Part shown: positions 1-12,846 of the stretch, piece after piece
How positions within the stretch are numbered: the first letter of the stretch is position 1
Layout: each line of letters begins with the position of its first letter
Made by a program: the position numbers and the translations under genes
Notes under the pieces: generated by a model
Databases searched by the model: none
What the model was told of the DNA's origin: nothing
The model's input: the letters and a program-made list of their open reading frames with translations, nothing else
NCBI GenBank assembly: GCA_041178085.1
Contig: JBEGVZ010000085.1
Span: 1 to 64,000, forward strand
Source of the DNA: Pseudomonadota bacterium
GTDB taxonomy: Bacteria; Bdellovibrionota_B; Oligoflexia; Oligoflexales; RGVZ01
DNA: 64,000 bases
Reading direction: 5' to 3'

Positions 1-24
1 GGACATGGTCGGGGAGCGGCAGTC

Positions 25-1650
25 ATGAAGCCTAGACGAAAAACCAAGTACATTTTCGTTACGGGTGGCGTCGTGTCATCCCTCGGCAAGGGGATTGTCG
101 CGGCCAGCGCAGGCGCCCTTCTGGAGAGCAGGGGTCTGAAGATCAGCCTGACCAAGTGCGACCCCTATATAAATGTCGACCCGGGAACCATGAGTCCCTT
201 TCAGCACGGCGAGGTCTTTGTCACCGAAGACGGCGCTGAGACAGACCTCGACATCGGACATTACGAACGATTCACGCACCACGCTCAGCTCGCTCGGCGT
301 AACAGCTTTTCTGCTGGTCAGGTCTACGACTCGGTTCTGGGCAAGGAACGCAAAGGTGTTTACCTTGGCGGGACGGTGCAGGTGATTCCGCACATCACCG
401 ATCAGATCAAGGAAAACATTTTCAAAGCATCCGAAGGATCGGACATCGCCATTGTCGAAATTGGTGGCACGGTAGGTGACATAGAGGGCCTGCCATTCCT
501 TGAGGCCATACGCCAGATCCGTTATGACCTCGGCCCAGAGAACGTCTGTTACATCCACTTGACGCTGGTTCCCTACATCCATGCGGCACGCGAACTCAAG
601 ACCAAGCCAACCCAGCATTCGGTCAAGGACTTGCGCCAGATTGGTATCCAGCCCGATATCCTCGTATGTCGCGCGGATCGGCCGATTCCCGATGAACAGA
701 AGCGCAAGATCGCGCAGTTTTGCAACATCAAGCCCGACTGTGTTTTTGAGGCCCAGGATGTCGACAGCATTTACCGCATCCCGCTGGTTTTACACGGGCA
801 GGGCCTCGATCAGGCGATCGTTGAAAAACTGAACATCTGGACCGGCGAGCCAGACTTGTCCGAGTGGCGGGCCATCACCCATGCGCTCGATAACCCAAAG
901 ACCACCGTCAAGATTGGCGTCGTCGGCAAGTATGTCGGCGTGGTTGATTCCTACAAGTCGATTGCCGAATCACTCGCTCACGCAGGGATCGCCAACCAGT
1001 GTGCCGTGGAGATTTCCTACGTCGATTCGGACACGATCAAAGATACCGACGCGGCCCAGAAGGCCCTGTCCTCGCTGGATGGCGTGATCATCCCAGGTGG
1101 GTTTGGCAATCGCGGGATCGAGGGAAAAATCGCTACGATCCGTCATGTGCGTGAAAGCGGCACTCCGTTTCTCGGCATTTGCCTTGGTATGCAGTTGGCG
1201 GCCATTGAGTTTGCCCGGCATAGTCTAGGAGTGGCAGACGCCAACAGCCAAGAGTTTGAACCGCAGTTGCCGGCACCTGTGATTCATCTCATGGAGGGGC
1301 AGAAAGGGGTTTCTCAAAAAGGCGGCACCATGCGGCTTGGTGCATACCCCTGCAAGCTCAAATCACGCACGCGCGCCCATGAGGCTTATAATTCGGCGAC
1401 GATCAGCGAACGTCACCGGCATCGCTACGAGTTCAACAACGATTACCGGGCTCGCTTTGAGGCGGGCGGGATGATTTTTTCGGGCGTATCCCCTGATGAT
1501 TCCCTTGTCGAGATCATGGAGCTTGCGGATCACCCCTGGTTTCTCGGTTGCCAGTTTCACCCCGAACTCAAAAGCAGGCCCTTCAAGCCGCATCCGCTTT
1601 TCCGTGACTTTCTGAGGTCATGCCTTTCCACGCGGGAACTTCGTAAATGA
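25..1650 (+). CDS. pyrG: CTP synthase
   Basis: 541 aa; N-terminal [29 protein letters not shown], glutaminase motifs GICLGMQ and QFHPE. Confidence 0.99.
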   Translation: MKPRRKTKYIFVTGGVVSSLGKGIVAASAGALLESRGLKISLTKCDPYINVDPGTMSPFQHGEVFVTEDGAETDLDIGHYERFTHHAQLARRNSFSAGQVYDSVLGKERKGVYLGGTVQVIPHITDQIKENIFKASEGSDIAIVEIGGTVGDIEGLPFLEAIRQIRYDLGPENVCYIHLTLVPYIHAARELKTKPTQHSVKDLRQIGIQPDILVCRADRPIPDEQKRKIAQFCNIKPDCVFEAQDVDSIYRIPLVLHGQGLDQAIVEKLNIWTGEPDLSEWRAITHALDNPKTTVKIGVVGKYVGVVDSYKSIAESLAHAGIANQCAVEISYVDSDTIKDTDAAQKALSSLDGVIIPGGFGNRGIEGKIATIRHVRESGTPFLGICLGMQLAAIEFARHSLGVADANSQEFEPQLPAPVIHLMEGQKGVSQKGGTMRLGAYPCKLKSRTRAHEAYNSATISERHRHRYEFNNDYRARFEAGGMIFSGVSPDDSLVEIMELADHPWFLGCQFHPELKSRPFKPHPLFRDFLRSCLSTRELRK

Positions 1651-2657
1651 CTGGCAATGGCAGCAGGCATGTCGCCCAGGCCCAAGCCGCCCTTGCGGTT
1701 GAGGTCCAGTGTGTCAGCGAAGCTGCCCAGCGCCTGGGTCCAGCCTTTGATGCACTTTGCGATATCATCCTGGAGAAGACTTCGGCGAAGCCAGGAAATG
1801 CGTCTGGCAAAGTAGTGACTACCGGCCTTGGCAAATCTGGCTTTATTGCCCGAAAGCTTGCGTCGACCCTTGCCAGCACGGGTACGCCGGCATTTTACCT
1901 GCATCCGACCGAAGCCATGCACGGCGATTTCGGCATTCTTCAGGCGAGCGATGTGCTGGTGGCGATCGCCCACGGCGGTGAAACCCCCGAAGTTATTGAA
2001 GTGGCACGTTTTTGCCGGCGGCGCGCCATACCAGTCGCGACGGTTACGGGAAAACGCGACTCAACCATGGCGGCCATTTCGGATTTTGTTCTTGATGGCT
2101 CGGTTTCGCGGGAAGCCTGTCCGTTGAACCTTGCCCCGACCTCGTCGTCTTTGGTCGCGATGGCTTTGGGCGACGCTCTTGCAGTTGCCGTCATGCACGC
2201 CCGCGGGTTCACGGCGACCGACTTTGCGGCTCTTCATCCGGCGGGTAGCCTGGGACGCAAGCTTGCCCGTGTCAGGGAACACATGCATGGCATCGACAGC
2301 TTGCCCGCGATAACAGCTGATACTGGATTCCACGCTGCGCTTGAGGCTGTGACCCGGAAGAATTTTGGCATTGCGGCCGTGGTCGAAGGTGATCCCGTCA
2401 TTCTCAAGGGATCCATCTCCGATGGCGACATCCGCCGCCATCTTCTTCAAGTGGGTGCAGGGGCTCTTAACTCTACGGCCAGGGAATTCATGCGGGCATC
2501 ACCGCGGACGATCGCTGTCGATGCCCTTGCCGTGGACGCGGTCCTCTTGATGGAGAAGTATCAGATCACTTCGCTTTTCGTGGTCGATCCGGCCAGCCAA
2601 GGCCGTCTTGCGGGTATCGTTCGCATGCATGACCTGCTTGCTGCTAAGATCATATAG
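1647..2657 (+). CDS. kdsD: Arabinose-5-phosphate isomerase (KpsF/GutQ family, SIS + CBS domains)
   Basis: [48 protein letters not shown]-terminal CBS pair; ATGA overlap with pyrG. Confidence 0.96.
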   Translation: MTGNGSRHVAQAQAALAVEVQCVSEAAQRLGPAFDALCDIILEKTSAKPGNASGKVVTTGLGKSGFIARKLASTLASTGTPAFYLHPTEAMHGDFGILQASDVLVAIAHGGETPEVIEVARFCRRRAIPVATVTGKRDSTMAAISDFVLDGSVSREACPLNLAPTSSSLVAMALGDALAVAVMHARGFTATDFAALHPAGSLGRKLARVREHMHGIDSLPAITADTGFHAALEAVTRKNFGIAAVVEGDPVILKGSISDGDIRRHLLQVGAGALNSTAREFMRASPRTIAVDALAVDAVLLMEKYQITSLFVVDPASQGRLAGIVRMHDLLAAKII

Positions 2658-2707
2658 TTGGATTTTGCGAAAACGGCATCACTCCGGGTGACCGGGCGGG
2701 GGCGGTT

Positions 2708-3322
2708 TTGGAACGGACCGCAGTATTCATTTTTGTGCTTTGCACCATGGCGCTTTCTACATTGCTTTTCGTCAACCGCGAACAGGGCAAGAAAAAACAT
2801 TCTCCGGGCGGCGACTCAATGGCCAGGGAGGCCCGCGTGAGCTTTGAGGATTTCGTGGCCTCCAGATATCATGAGGGTGTTGAAACTACCCGTGTTGAGG
2901 CGCGGTCCGGTTATTTGCTCGAGCCGAACATGCTCGAATTGTTCGGCGATGTGCGTGCACGGACCGTCCGCGGCAAGGGGCGAAAGATGAAAGTCCAAGA
3001 AGTACGCTGTGAGACGGCGACAGCCTATTTCGACACTAATAGCCTTGCACAGATGATGACTTCGTCCCGCGTGGATCGTGTTGACTTAAAGGGGTTTGTG
3101 CAGGTGAAGTCAGCTGGCATGGTGCTGGATACGGACCAGGCGTTGTATGAATACGGGACCGGCCTTTTGCACTCAAACAGCCGGGTTTCGGTGGCTGGTC
3201 CAGCATTTCACTTCCGTGGCGAAGGGGGGTTCACCCTCGACACCGCGAAGGAAAATTTGAATGTCTCTGGCCCGATCAAGGGTGCGGGAGTCATGGATGG
3301 AATACTTGACGGCAATAATTGA
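2708..3322 (+). CDS. lptC: LPS export protein LptC-like
   Basis: Single N-terminal TM helix followed by a beta-rich region; lies between kdsD and lptA; TTG start uncertain. Confidence 0.75.
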   Translation: MERTAVFIFVLCTMALSTLLFVNREQGKKKHSPGGDSMAREARVSFEDFVASRYHEGVETTRVEARSGYLLEPNMLELFGDVRARTVRGKGRKMKVQEVRCETATAYFDTNSLAQMMTSSRVDRVDLKGFVQVKSAGMVLDTDQALYEYGTGLLHSNSRVSVAGPAFHFRGEGGFTLDTAKENLNVSGPIKGAGVMDGILDGNN

Positions 3323-3354
3323 CGTAAAGTTCCTGATATTTATCGAGCCAAGGA

Positions 3355-4086
3355 TTGAGGCATAGTTTGAATAAACGCTGGCAACAGGTGATTTCTGTAA
3401 ACGCTACCCGGGCAGCGCTTGCCGCGTTGTTGGCGGTCTTTCCCGGCAACGGCTTTTTCGAGGCAGCGTTTGCGGATCTGGTCGACGAGGTGGAAGATCT
3501 CGAACGCCAGAGCCGCCCCGACAAACAACCAGCCCCGGTGCCCTCTCCGGCGGATTCGCGTGGAGAAAAGGACAAGCCTGCCGGGGGAGAGTCCGAGCCG
3601 GCGCCGTCAACCCCCGGGAAACCTCGCAAGGGCGTCAAGGGCAAGTCCGATCGTCCTCCAGTCCAGTTTGAAAGCCGATCCCTTCAAGGGATGAAAGACC
3701 AGGGACGCGTCATCCTGAAGGACGACGTGATTGTTACCCAAGGTGATTTCCGCATCGAGTCTGATGAGGCCACGATCATTTTTGAAAACAAATCCAAGGA
3801 AGTCACCAAGGTGCTGGCGAGTGGCCGGGTCAAGATTTCGAGGGCAGCTCCAGAGATCAAAGATCGCATCAAGGCCGAGTGCAATGAGGCCGTGTTTCAC
3901 AACGTGGACCGCAAGGTGGTTTTAAAGGGCAACGCCCGCCTTTGGCGGGCTGAAGATTTAGTCCGGGGCAAGCAGATCACTTACGAACTGGACACGGGCT
4001 GGATCAAGGCAGACCGGGTTGAGGGCGTGGTTCAGCCAGGCAAGGAGAGAACCTCCCCCACCCGACAAGGTGGAGCGAAAAAATGA
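3355..4086 (+). CDS. lptA: LptA/OstA family LPS transport periplasmic protein
   Basis: Signal-like region, Pro-rich linker, OstA-like VIVTQGD...VVLKGNARLW...GKQITY; directly upstream of lptB; start uncertain. Confidence 0.85.
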   Translation: MRHSLNKRWQQVISVNATRAALAALLAVFPGNGFFEAAFADLVDEVEDLERQSRPDKQPAPVPSPADSRGEKDKPAGGESEPAPSTPGKPRKGVKGKSDRPPVQFESRSLQGMKDQGRVILKDDVIVTQGDFRIESDEATIIFENKSKEVTKVLASGRVKISRAAPEIKDRIKAECNEAVFHNVDRKVVLKGNARLWRAEDLVRGKQITYELDTGWIKADRVEGVVQPGKERTSPTRQGGAKK

Positions 4087-4838
4087 CACCCATGTCGCGA
4101 GGTCAGGACACCGGGTCCTCCGTGCTCCAGGCGGACGAAATCACCAAGTCCTTCAAAGCCCGGCAAGTGGTGAAATCCGTCTCCTTTGAAGTTCGCACAG
4201 GCGAGGTTGTCGGTTTGCTGGGTCCAAACGGTGCCGGTAAGACGACGAGCTTTTACATGGTGGTTGGGCTGCTGTTCCCGCAGTCTGGCCGTGTTCAGAT
4301 AGACGGCGAGGATATCACTTACGAACCCATGCACCTCAGGGCTCGTCGTGGCATAAGCTACTTGCCTCAAAACATGTCGATTTTCCGCCGCCTCTCGGTG
4401 GAGGACAACTTGCTTGCCGTGATGGAAGTTTGCGGGGTTCCGCGGCGTGACCGGCAACGGATGCTTGCCGACCTTTTGGAGAAGTTTCAGGTAGGCCATA
4501 TCGCGAGAAGTCCGGGCGCCGCTCTCAGCGGCGGCGAGCGCCGCCGGGTTGAAATTGCACGCGCGCTGATCATCCAGCCAAAATTCCTGCTCCTCGACGA
4601 ACCCTTTGCCGGCATTGATCCGGTGACCGTTCAGGAGATTCAGAAAATCATCCTTCAGCTTCGCAATGAAGGGCTTGGTGTCCTGATCACCGACCATAAC
4701 GTCCGGGAAACACTTGGAAGTTGTGACCGCGTTTATATTTTGACAGGCGGCACCATCACCACGCACGGCCTTCCGGCTGAGGTGGCCAGTCATCCTGAGG
4801 TTCGCGAGAACTACCTCGGCGAAAACTTCCGCCTTTAA
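4083..4838 (+). CDS. lptB: LPS export ABC transporter ATPase
   Basis: GLLGPNGAGKTTSFY, LSGGERRRVEIARAL, LLDEPFAGIDP, ITDHNVRETL, C-terminal YLGENFRL. Confidence 0.98.
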   Translation: MTPMSRGQDTGSSVLQADEITKSFKARQVVKSVSFEVRTGEVVGLLGPNGAGKTTSFYMVVGLLFPQSGRVQIDGEDITYEPMHLRARRGISYLPQNMSIFRRLSVEDNLLAVMEVCGVPRRDRQRMLADLLEKFQVGHIARSPGAALSGGERRRVEIARALIIQPKFLLLDEPFAGIDPVTVQEIQKIILQLRNEGLGVLITDHNVRETLGSCDRVYILTGGTITTHGLPAEVASHPEVRENYLGENFRL

Positions 4839-4882
4839 TCCGTTTTTCGTAAATTCCAAAAATTTCCGCGATCGGCCTGAAG

Positions 4883-4900
4883 TTGGAATTTATCTTGCAT
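4883..4900 (+). promoter_or_regulatory. Candidate sigma54 -24/-12 element upstream of rpoN
   Basis: TTGGAATTTATCTTGCAT: GG(4885-6)-N10-GC(4897-8), with TTGCA at -12. Confidence 0.5.
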
Positions 4901-4969
4901 GGGGCGACAATAGATCAGAGGGCTACTTCATCCACAGAAGTCCAAACCCCGAATTGAGGTCCTGCGCGC

Positions 4970-6457
4970 ATGGCTATGAACCTTGGTCCCAAACTCGGGC
5001 TGCGTCAAGACATCATGATGACGCCGCAATTGCAGCAGGCGATCAAGCTGTTGCAGTTGTCACGCCTTGAGCTCGAACAATACGTCGAGACCCAGCTCGC
5101 GGAAAACCCGATCCTCGAGGAATCGGCGGCAGAAGCCGACGGATCAGAGGAATCTGTACAGGCTGCCCGTGAACAAGAACACACGGAGCAGCAGGCCGTT
5201 CAGGAACGGATGGCCGAAGCCTCAAACATCGTTGACAAGACCGGGGCAGACGGCCCCGAACACGTTGACTGGGAAACCCTCGGCGGACAGGGAGAGGAGT
5301 ACCCTGGGAGCGCGTCCGCGAGCTCGATCCGCCGGACCAACAGCGGTGAAGATGACCAGCCCAACTATGAAAACATGGTCACCAGGGCAGCCTCTTTGAA
5401 CGAACACCTCATGGGTCAGGTTGGTGAACTGGACTTCGACGAGGGTGAGAAAAAGATTGCGACGGTCGTCATTGGCAACATTGATGACAAGGGCTACCTC
5501 ACCCATTCTGTCCAGGAAATTGCTCAGCAGGAGGGTTTTGACCCGGAGGCAGTTGAAGGCATCCTTGATACCATCCAGCGCCTTGATCCACCTGGTGTCG
5601 GCGCTCGCGACCTGCGCGAATGCTTGCTTCTCCAGCTGCGCGCCAACCATTTGAAAAACGGCATTGTCGAGAAGATGGTGGAACACCACCTCACTGAACT
5701 CGAGACGCGAAACTATGCGGTCATCGCGAAAGCCCTGAAAATACCGGTCGAAAAGGTGGTCGAGAACGCGGCCATCATCGGCGAGCTTGAGCCCGTACCA
5801 GGCCGGCCGTTTGGTGGGGAAACTGCCCAGTACATCGTGCCTGATGTCTACGTCTTCAAGCTTGGCAACGAATGGGTCGTTTCCTTGAACGAGGAGGGCC
5901 TGCCAAGGCTTCGCCTTAACAGCTACTACAAGGGGCTGCTCAACAAAAAAGAGGCCCAGGGGTCCGACCGGACCTACTTGCAGGTCAAGTACAAGGACGC
6001 CGTGTGGCTGATCAAGAGCATCCAGCAGCGGCAGAAAACCATCTTCCGTGTGGCAGAAAAGATTGTTGCGCGGCAGCGCGACTTCTTTGATCTCGGGGTC
6101 GAGCACCTCAGGCCGATGGTTCTTCGTGACATCGCAGAGGACATCGGCATGCACGAATCAACAATCAGCCGCGTGACGACCAACAAATACGTCCACACGC
6201 CGCGCGGGATTTTTGAGCTCAAGTACTTTTTCAACAGCTCGGTTGCCCGGGCTGACGGCGACTCGGTTGCCAGTGAGTCGGTCAAACGCATGATCTCCGA
6301 CCTGGTCAAGGCCGAGGACCCGAAGCGGCCCGTCTCTGATCAGAGGATTGTCGAACTGCTGGAGCAAAAAGGCATTCAACTCGCCCGCCGCACTGTGGCA
6401 AAATACCGGGAGCAGCTGAACATCCTCCCCTCGAGCAAGCGGCGAAAGTATTTCTGA
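4970..6457 (+). CDS. rpoN: RNA polymerase sigma-54 factor
   Basis: Region I MTPQLQQAIKLLQL, HESTISR, RpoN box ARRTVAKYRE. Confidence 0.99.
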   Translation: MAMNLGPKLGLRQDIMMTPQLQQAIKLLQLSRLELEQYVETQLAENPILEESAAEADGSEESVQAAREQEHTEQQAVQERMAEASNIVDKTGADGPEHVDWETLGGQGEEYPGSASASSIRRTNSGEDDQPNYENMVTRAASLNEHLMGQVGELDFDEGEKKIATVVIGNIDDKGYLTHSVQEIAQQEGFDPEAVEGILDTIQRLDPPGVGARDLRECLLLQLRANHLKNGIVEKMVEHHLTELETRNYAVIAKALKIPVEKVVENAAIIGELEPVPGRPFGGETAQYIVPDVYVFKLGNEWVVSLNEEGLPRLRLNSYYKGLLNKKEAQGSDRTYLQVKYKDAVWLIKSIQQRQKTIFRVAEKIVARQRDFFDLGVEHLRPMVLRDIAEDIGMHESTISRVTTNKYVHTPRGIFELKYFFNSSVARADGDSVASESVKRMISDLVKAEDPKRPVSDQRIVELLEQKGIQLARRTVAKYREQLNILPSSKRRKYF

Positions 6458-6458
6458 G

Positions 6459-7364
6459 ATGCCTGATCAAAAAACTCCCGAAAGCCTGCCCCTGCTTGTT
6501 GTGGTGACAGGACTTTCCGGAGCGGGCCTGTCGACGGCGCTGCGCGCCCTTCAGGACAGTGGGTTTTATTGCATCGATAACCTGCCTGTTGAACTTTTTG
6601 ATCAGACGCTTGATTTGATTTCCGGTGGAAAGATCAAGGCACGCGGTTTTGCGTTTGGCATGGATATCCGCGATGAGAAGTTTGCGGCTGCTTTTCCCGG
6701 ATTGAATCAGAAGCTGCAAAAAAAAATCCGCATAGACACCATTTTTCTCTCTGCAGATGAAAAGACGCTTCTTGCCCGCTTTGGCGCGACAAGAAGGAAA
6801 CACCCGTTGATGCCTGCCGAGGGCGGTAGCCTGCGCGAGGCAATCCGGCGTGAGGCGGAAATCCTGGCTCCGCTTGAGGCCGCGGCCGATGCCGCCTTTG
6901 ATACGTCCAACTGGTCGCCGCAAGCGCTGATGTCTGCCATTGAGACGCGCTACCACAAGGCGATTCAGGTGCGCCGCCTCCACGTCACAATCTGCAGCTT
7001 TGGCTTCAAGCATGGGCAGCTTCGCCCGGCGGACATGCTTTTTGATGCACGGTTTTTGCCCAACCCCCACTTTGTGCTCGATTTGCGTGCCCGTTCGGGG
7101 CTTGAACCGGCGGTCAGAAAAATGATCATGGAAGACCCCCTTGGACGGGAATTCTTCAATCGTCTTGAGGACATGTGCCGCTTTCTCCTGCCCCAGTTCT
7201 TTGCTGAGGGAAAGCACTACCTGCGCATCGGTATCGGTTGCACCGGGGGTTTTCACCGGAGCGTGTGCCTGGCCGAGGAACTCGGCGCGGCCCTGCGGCG
7301 AAAACCTCTCGCAAACATCGAAATTGCTGTTGAGCACCGTGACCTGCTAACATCCGCCCCGTGA
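6459..7364 (+). CDS. rapZ: RNase adaptor RapZ/YvcJ family protein with variant P-loop
   Basis: [34 protein letters not shown]; Walker A reads GLSGAGLS. Confidence 0.95.
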   Translation: MPDQKTPESLPLLVVVTGLSGAGLSTALRALQDSGFYCIDNLPVELFDQTLDLISGGKIKARGFAFGMDIRDEKFAAAFPGLNQKLQKKIRIDTIFLSADEKTLLARFGATRRKHPLMPAEGGSLREAIRREAEILAPLEAAADAAFDTSNWSPQALMSAIETRYHKAIQVRRLHVTICSFGFKHGQLRPADMLFDARFLPNPHFVLDLRARSGLEPAVRKMIMEDPLGREFFNRLEDMCRFLLPQFFAEGKHYLRIGIGCTGGFHRSVCLAEELGAALRRKPLANIEIAVEHRDLLTSAP

Positions 7365-7428
7365 CGCGGGGATAAAAAAAAAGACCCCACCGAGCCCCGA
7401 AATTTCAAATTCCGCCGGAGCCTCCACG

Positions 7429-10368
<2,940 letters not shown>

Positions 10369-10402
10369 CGACGAATTGGTTTGTTGAAAACCGAGGTATG
10401 TC

Positions 10403-10442
10403 AAAGGGGCGCTGACTTTCAGGTTCAGCGCCCCTTTTTTTT
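10403..10442. terminator. Intrinsic terminator between convergent gcvP and gcvH, probably bidirectional
   Basis: AAAGGGGCGCTGA...TCAGCGCCCCTTT stem with long T tract on + strand and short T tract on - strand. Confidence 0.9.
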
Positions 10443-10816
10443 CAGTGCTCTGCGATGAAAGTGGCGTAGTCCTTACCCGTCATCAAACCGGGGGTATCTG
10501 CGCTGCTTGATGCCACCTGGATCAGCCAGCCATTTTTGTAAGGGTCAGCTTGCAGGGACTCAGGGCTTTTCAAGACCGCTTGGTTTACTGCAACAATCTT
10601 ACCATTGACCGGCATATACAGGTCCGAAACCGTTTTGGTCGATTCGATGGTACCGAAAGAGGCACCTTGCTTGAACTCTTTGCCAACCTCGGGCAGCTCG
10701 ATGTGGACAATGTCACCAAGCTGTTCGATCGCGTAAGCGGTCACGCCGATTTTGGAATCAACAAGGGAGATCCACTCGTGGTCCTTGGTGTACTTGAGCT
10801 CTGCAGGAAAATTCAT
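10442..10816 (-). CDS. gcvH: Glycine cleavage system H protein
   Basis: LKYTKDHEW, QLGDIVHIELP, lipoyl-lysine motif ESTKTVSD, DPYKNGWL. Confidence 0.98.
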   Translation of the reverse strand: MNFPAELKYTKDHEWISLVDSKIGVTAYAIEQLGDIVHIELPEVGKEFKQGASFGTIESTKTVSDLYMPVNGKIVAVNQAVLKSPESLQADPYKNGWLIQVASSSADTPGLMTGKDYATFIAEH

Positions 10817-10830
10817 TTGATTACCCCAAG

Positions 10831-11946
10831 TTACTTGGTTTTGGCCGAATATAGAGGTCTTTTTACCACGGTGGCAAGTTTTCTCTTGCCGCGGATATCG
10901 ACTTCAAGTTCCTCGTTTTCCACCACGGTGGATGCGACCATGGCCATTCCGCCGGCTCCTCCGACGGTTGGAAGGACGGAACCGCTGGTGACAAAGCCAG
11001 CTGGCTCGCCCCGCCAGAAGACGGTCATGCCATGCCGTGGGATGCCGTCTTCTTTCATCTTGAAGGCGACGATTTTTTGCTTTAATCCCGCCGACTTTTG
11101 CTGGACCAATGCCTCCTTACCGATGAACTCCGGCTTGGCCAGCTTGACCGCCCAGGCAACACCCGCCTCGAGTGGCGTGGTGTCGTCATTCATGTCGTTC
11201 CCGTAAAGGAGGTAGCAAGCCTCAAGCCTCAGGGTATCTCGAGCTCCCAGGCCAACCGGAACAATGCCTGTCGTGGCTGCCGTGGCCAGGAGGCTGTCCC
11301 AAAGGGTTACGGCGTGGCTTGCAGGCAGGTAAATCTCGTATCCATGCTCGCCTGTGTAGCCTGTTCTGGCGACCAGGCACTCGCGGCCTGCGAACTTGGC
11401 GCGGGTGATGTTCGTATAAGGGAGGGCCTCAACTTTCGTCCGGTCGCCGGGGTCGACTACTGCCAGGACAGCGTCCTTGCTCGTTGGACCTTGCACGGCC
11501 AACTGCGCCCACAGGTCTGACTCGTTTTCAACGCGGGCGTCGAAACCATCGGATCGAGCCTTGATCCACTGGAAATCCTTGTCCCTGTTTGCTGCGTTGA
11601 TACAGATAAAGAACTCTTCTGCTCCCAGACGGTAGACGATCAGATCGTCGATCATGCCTCCCTTTTCATTCAGGATGGCACTGTACTGGCCCTGACCCGG
11701 CCCAAGTTTTGCTGCATCGTTCATAGTTACATACTGCAGGAACTTCTCCGCCGCCGGGCCTGAAACCCGGATTTCTCCCATATGGCTGACGTCAAAAATT
11801 CCGCATTTTTCCCGCACTGCCTTGTGTTCAGCCAGCACGCCAGCGTAGCTGACGGGCATCATCCAGCCGCCAAATTCGATCAATTTCGCGCCAGCCGCCT
11901 TGTGGCGGTCAAAAAGTGGGGTCTTTCGTGCCTCGGTCTCTGCCAT
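10831..11946 (-). CDS. gcvT: Glycine cleavage aminomethyltransferase T
   Basis: KTPL...FGGWMMPVSY, FDVSHMGEI, ARTGYTGEHGYEI, GLGARDTLRLEA; start trimmed to MAETEARK. Confidence 0.97.
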   Translation of the reverse strand: MAETEARKTPLFDRHKAAGAKLIEFGGWMMPVSYAGVLAEHKAVREKCGIFDVSHMGEIRVSGPAAEKFLQYVTMNDAAKLGPGQGQYSAILNEKGGMIDDLIVYRLGAEEFFICINAANRDKDFQWIKARSDGFDARVENESDLWAQLAVQGPTSKDAVLAVVDPGDRTKVEALPYTNITRAKFAGRECLVARTGYTGEHGYEIYLPASHAVTLWDSLLATAATTGIVPVGLGARDTLRLEACYLLYGNDMNDDTTPLEAGVAWAVKLAKPEFIGKEALVQQKSAGLKQKIVAFKMKEDGIPRHGMTVFWRGEPAGFVTSGSVLPTVGGAGGMAMVASTVVENEELEVDIRGKRKLATVVKRPLYSAKTK

Positions 11947-12071
11947 GGGAACTCCGCTGGTTGGTGTTGGACCGGAAACAGTCATCCGGCAGCCCCTCGA
12001 AAGTAGATTGCCCGGGGCCGCGCCGCCAAGGTGATTTTTCCGGTTCGGGGGCATGAGGAAGCGGTGTTAGG

Positions 12072-12839
12072 ATGTTGGCCATGCTGGATTTGTCTGTTGT
12101 CATCATCACGCTTAATGAAGAAGCCAGGATTGGCCGCTGCCTGGAGAGCTTGCCTGAGGGGGTCGAGGTCATCGTCCTTGACTCGGGTTCGACCGACAAG
12201 ACCCGCGAGGTGGCCAGGTCTCTTGGTGCCAGGGTTCAAGAGCGGAGCTTTGACGATTATTCGAGCCAGAAAAATGCGGCTCTTGCCTTTGCCACCCGGT
12301 CGTGGGTTTTGTCGCTTGATGCAGACGAGGTATTGACCCCGCCCCTGTGCAGCGCACTGACCGCTTTTGTGCGGAGCGCATCGGCAGACCCCGAGGTCAG
12401 CGCGTTTCGTTTGCGACGGCAACTCGTTTTCATGGGTCGGGTCATGCGTTATGGGAAGACCGTTGACCATCCAGTCCGTCTGATGCGCCGGGGCGCAGGT
12501 GCTTTCGCTTCCGAGATCCATGAAACCTTCAAGCCGTTGCGTGGTCGGACCGGTGATGCCGGGTTTTCTTCCGATTGCGTCATTCTTCATCACAGCTACG
12601 ATAACCTGACGGACTACTTCGACAAGTTCAACCGCTACACCACGCGCATGGCAGCGAGTCGCAAAAATCCTGCCGCATCCAGGTCGGGACTTCTTGTCCA
12701 CGTACTTCGCCCGCACTTTGAGTTTGTCTCCCGGTATTTTTTTCGACTTGGTTTCCTTGATGGCTACCCTGGCTACTGTTATGCGCTCCTCAGCTCCCTT
12801 TATGCTTTTGTGAAATACGCGAAGGCCAACGAGCCATGA
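12072..12839 (+). CDS. Glycosyltransferase family 2 (WaaE/KdtX-like, LPS core)
   Basis: LSVVIITLNEE, DSGSTDKT, WVLSLDADE, IHE, KFNRYT, LGFLDG; ATG 12081 is an alternative start. Confidence 0.9.
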   Translation: MLAMLDLSVVIITLNEEARIGRCLESLPEGVEVIVLDSGSTDKTREVARSLGARVQERSFDDYSSQKNAALAFATRSWVLSLDADEVLTPPLCSALTAFVRSASADPEVSAFRLRRQLVFMGRVMRYGKTVDHPVRLMRRGAGAFASEIHETFKPLRGRTGDAGFSSDCVILHHSYDNLTDYFDKFNRYTTRMAASRKNPAASRSGLLVHVLRPHFEFVSRYFFRLGFLDGYPGYCYALLSSLYAFVKYAKANEP

Positions 12840-12846
12840 TTCAAAC

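Noticed and set aside
7365..7400. A-tract and GC-rich segment between rapZ and gcvP as a terminator
   Set aside because: The stem is weak (G-U rich) and the T tract is on the strand opposite to both flanking genes
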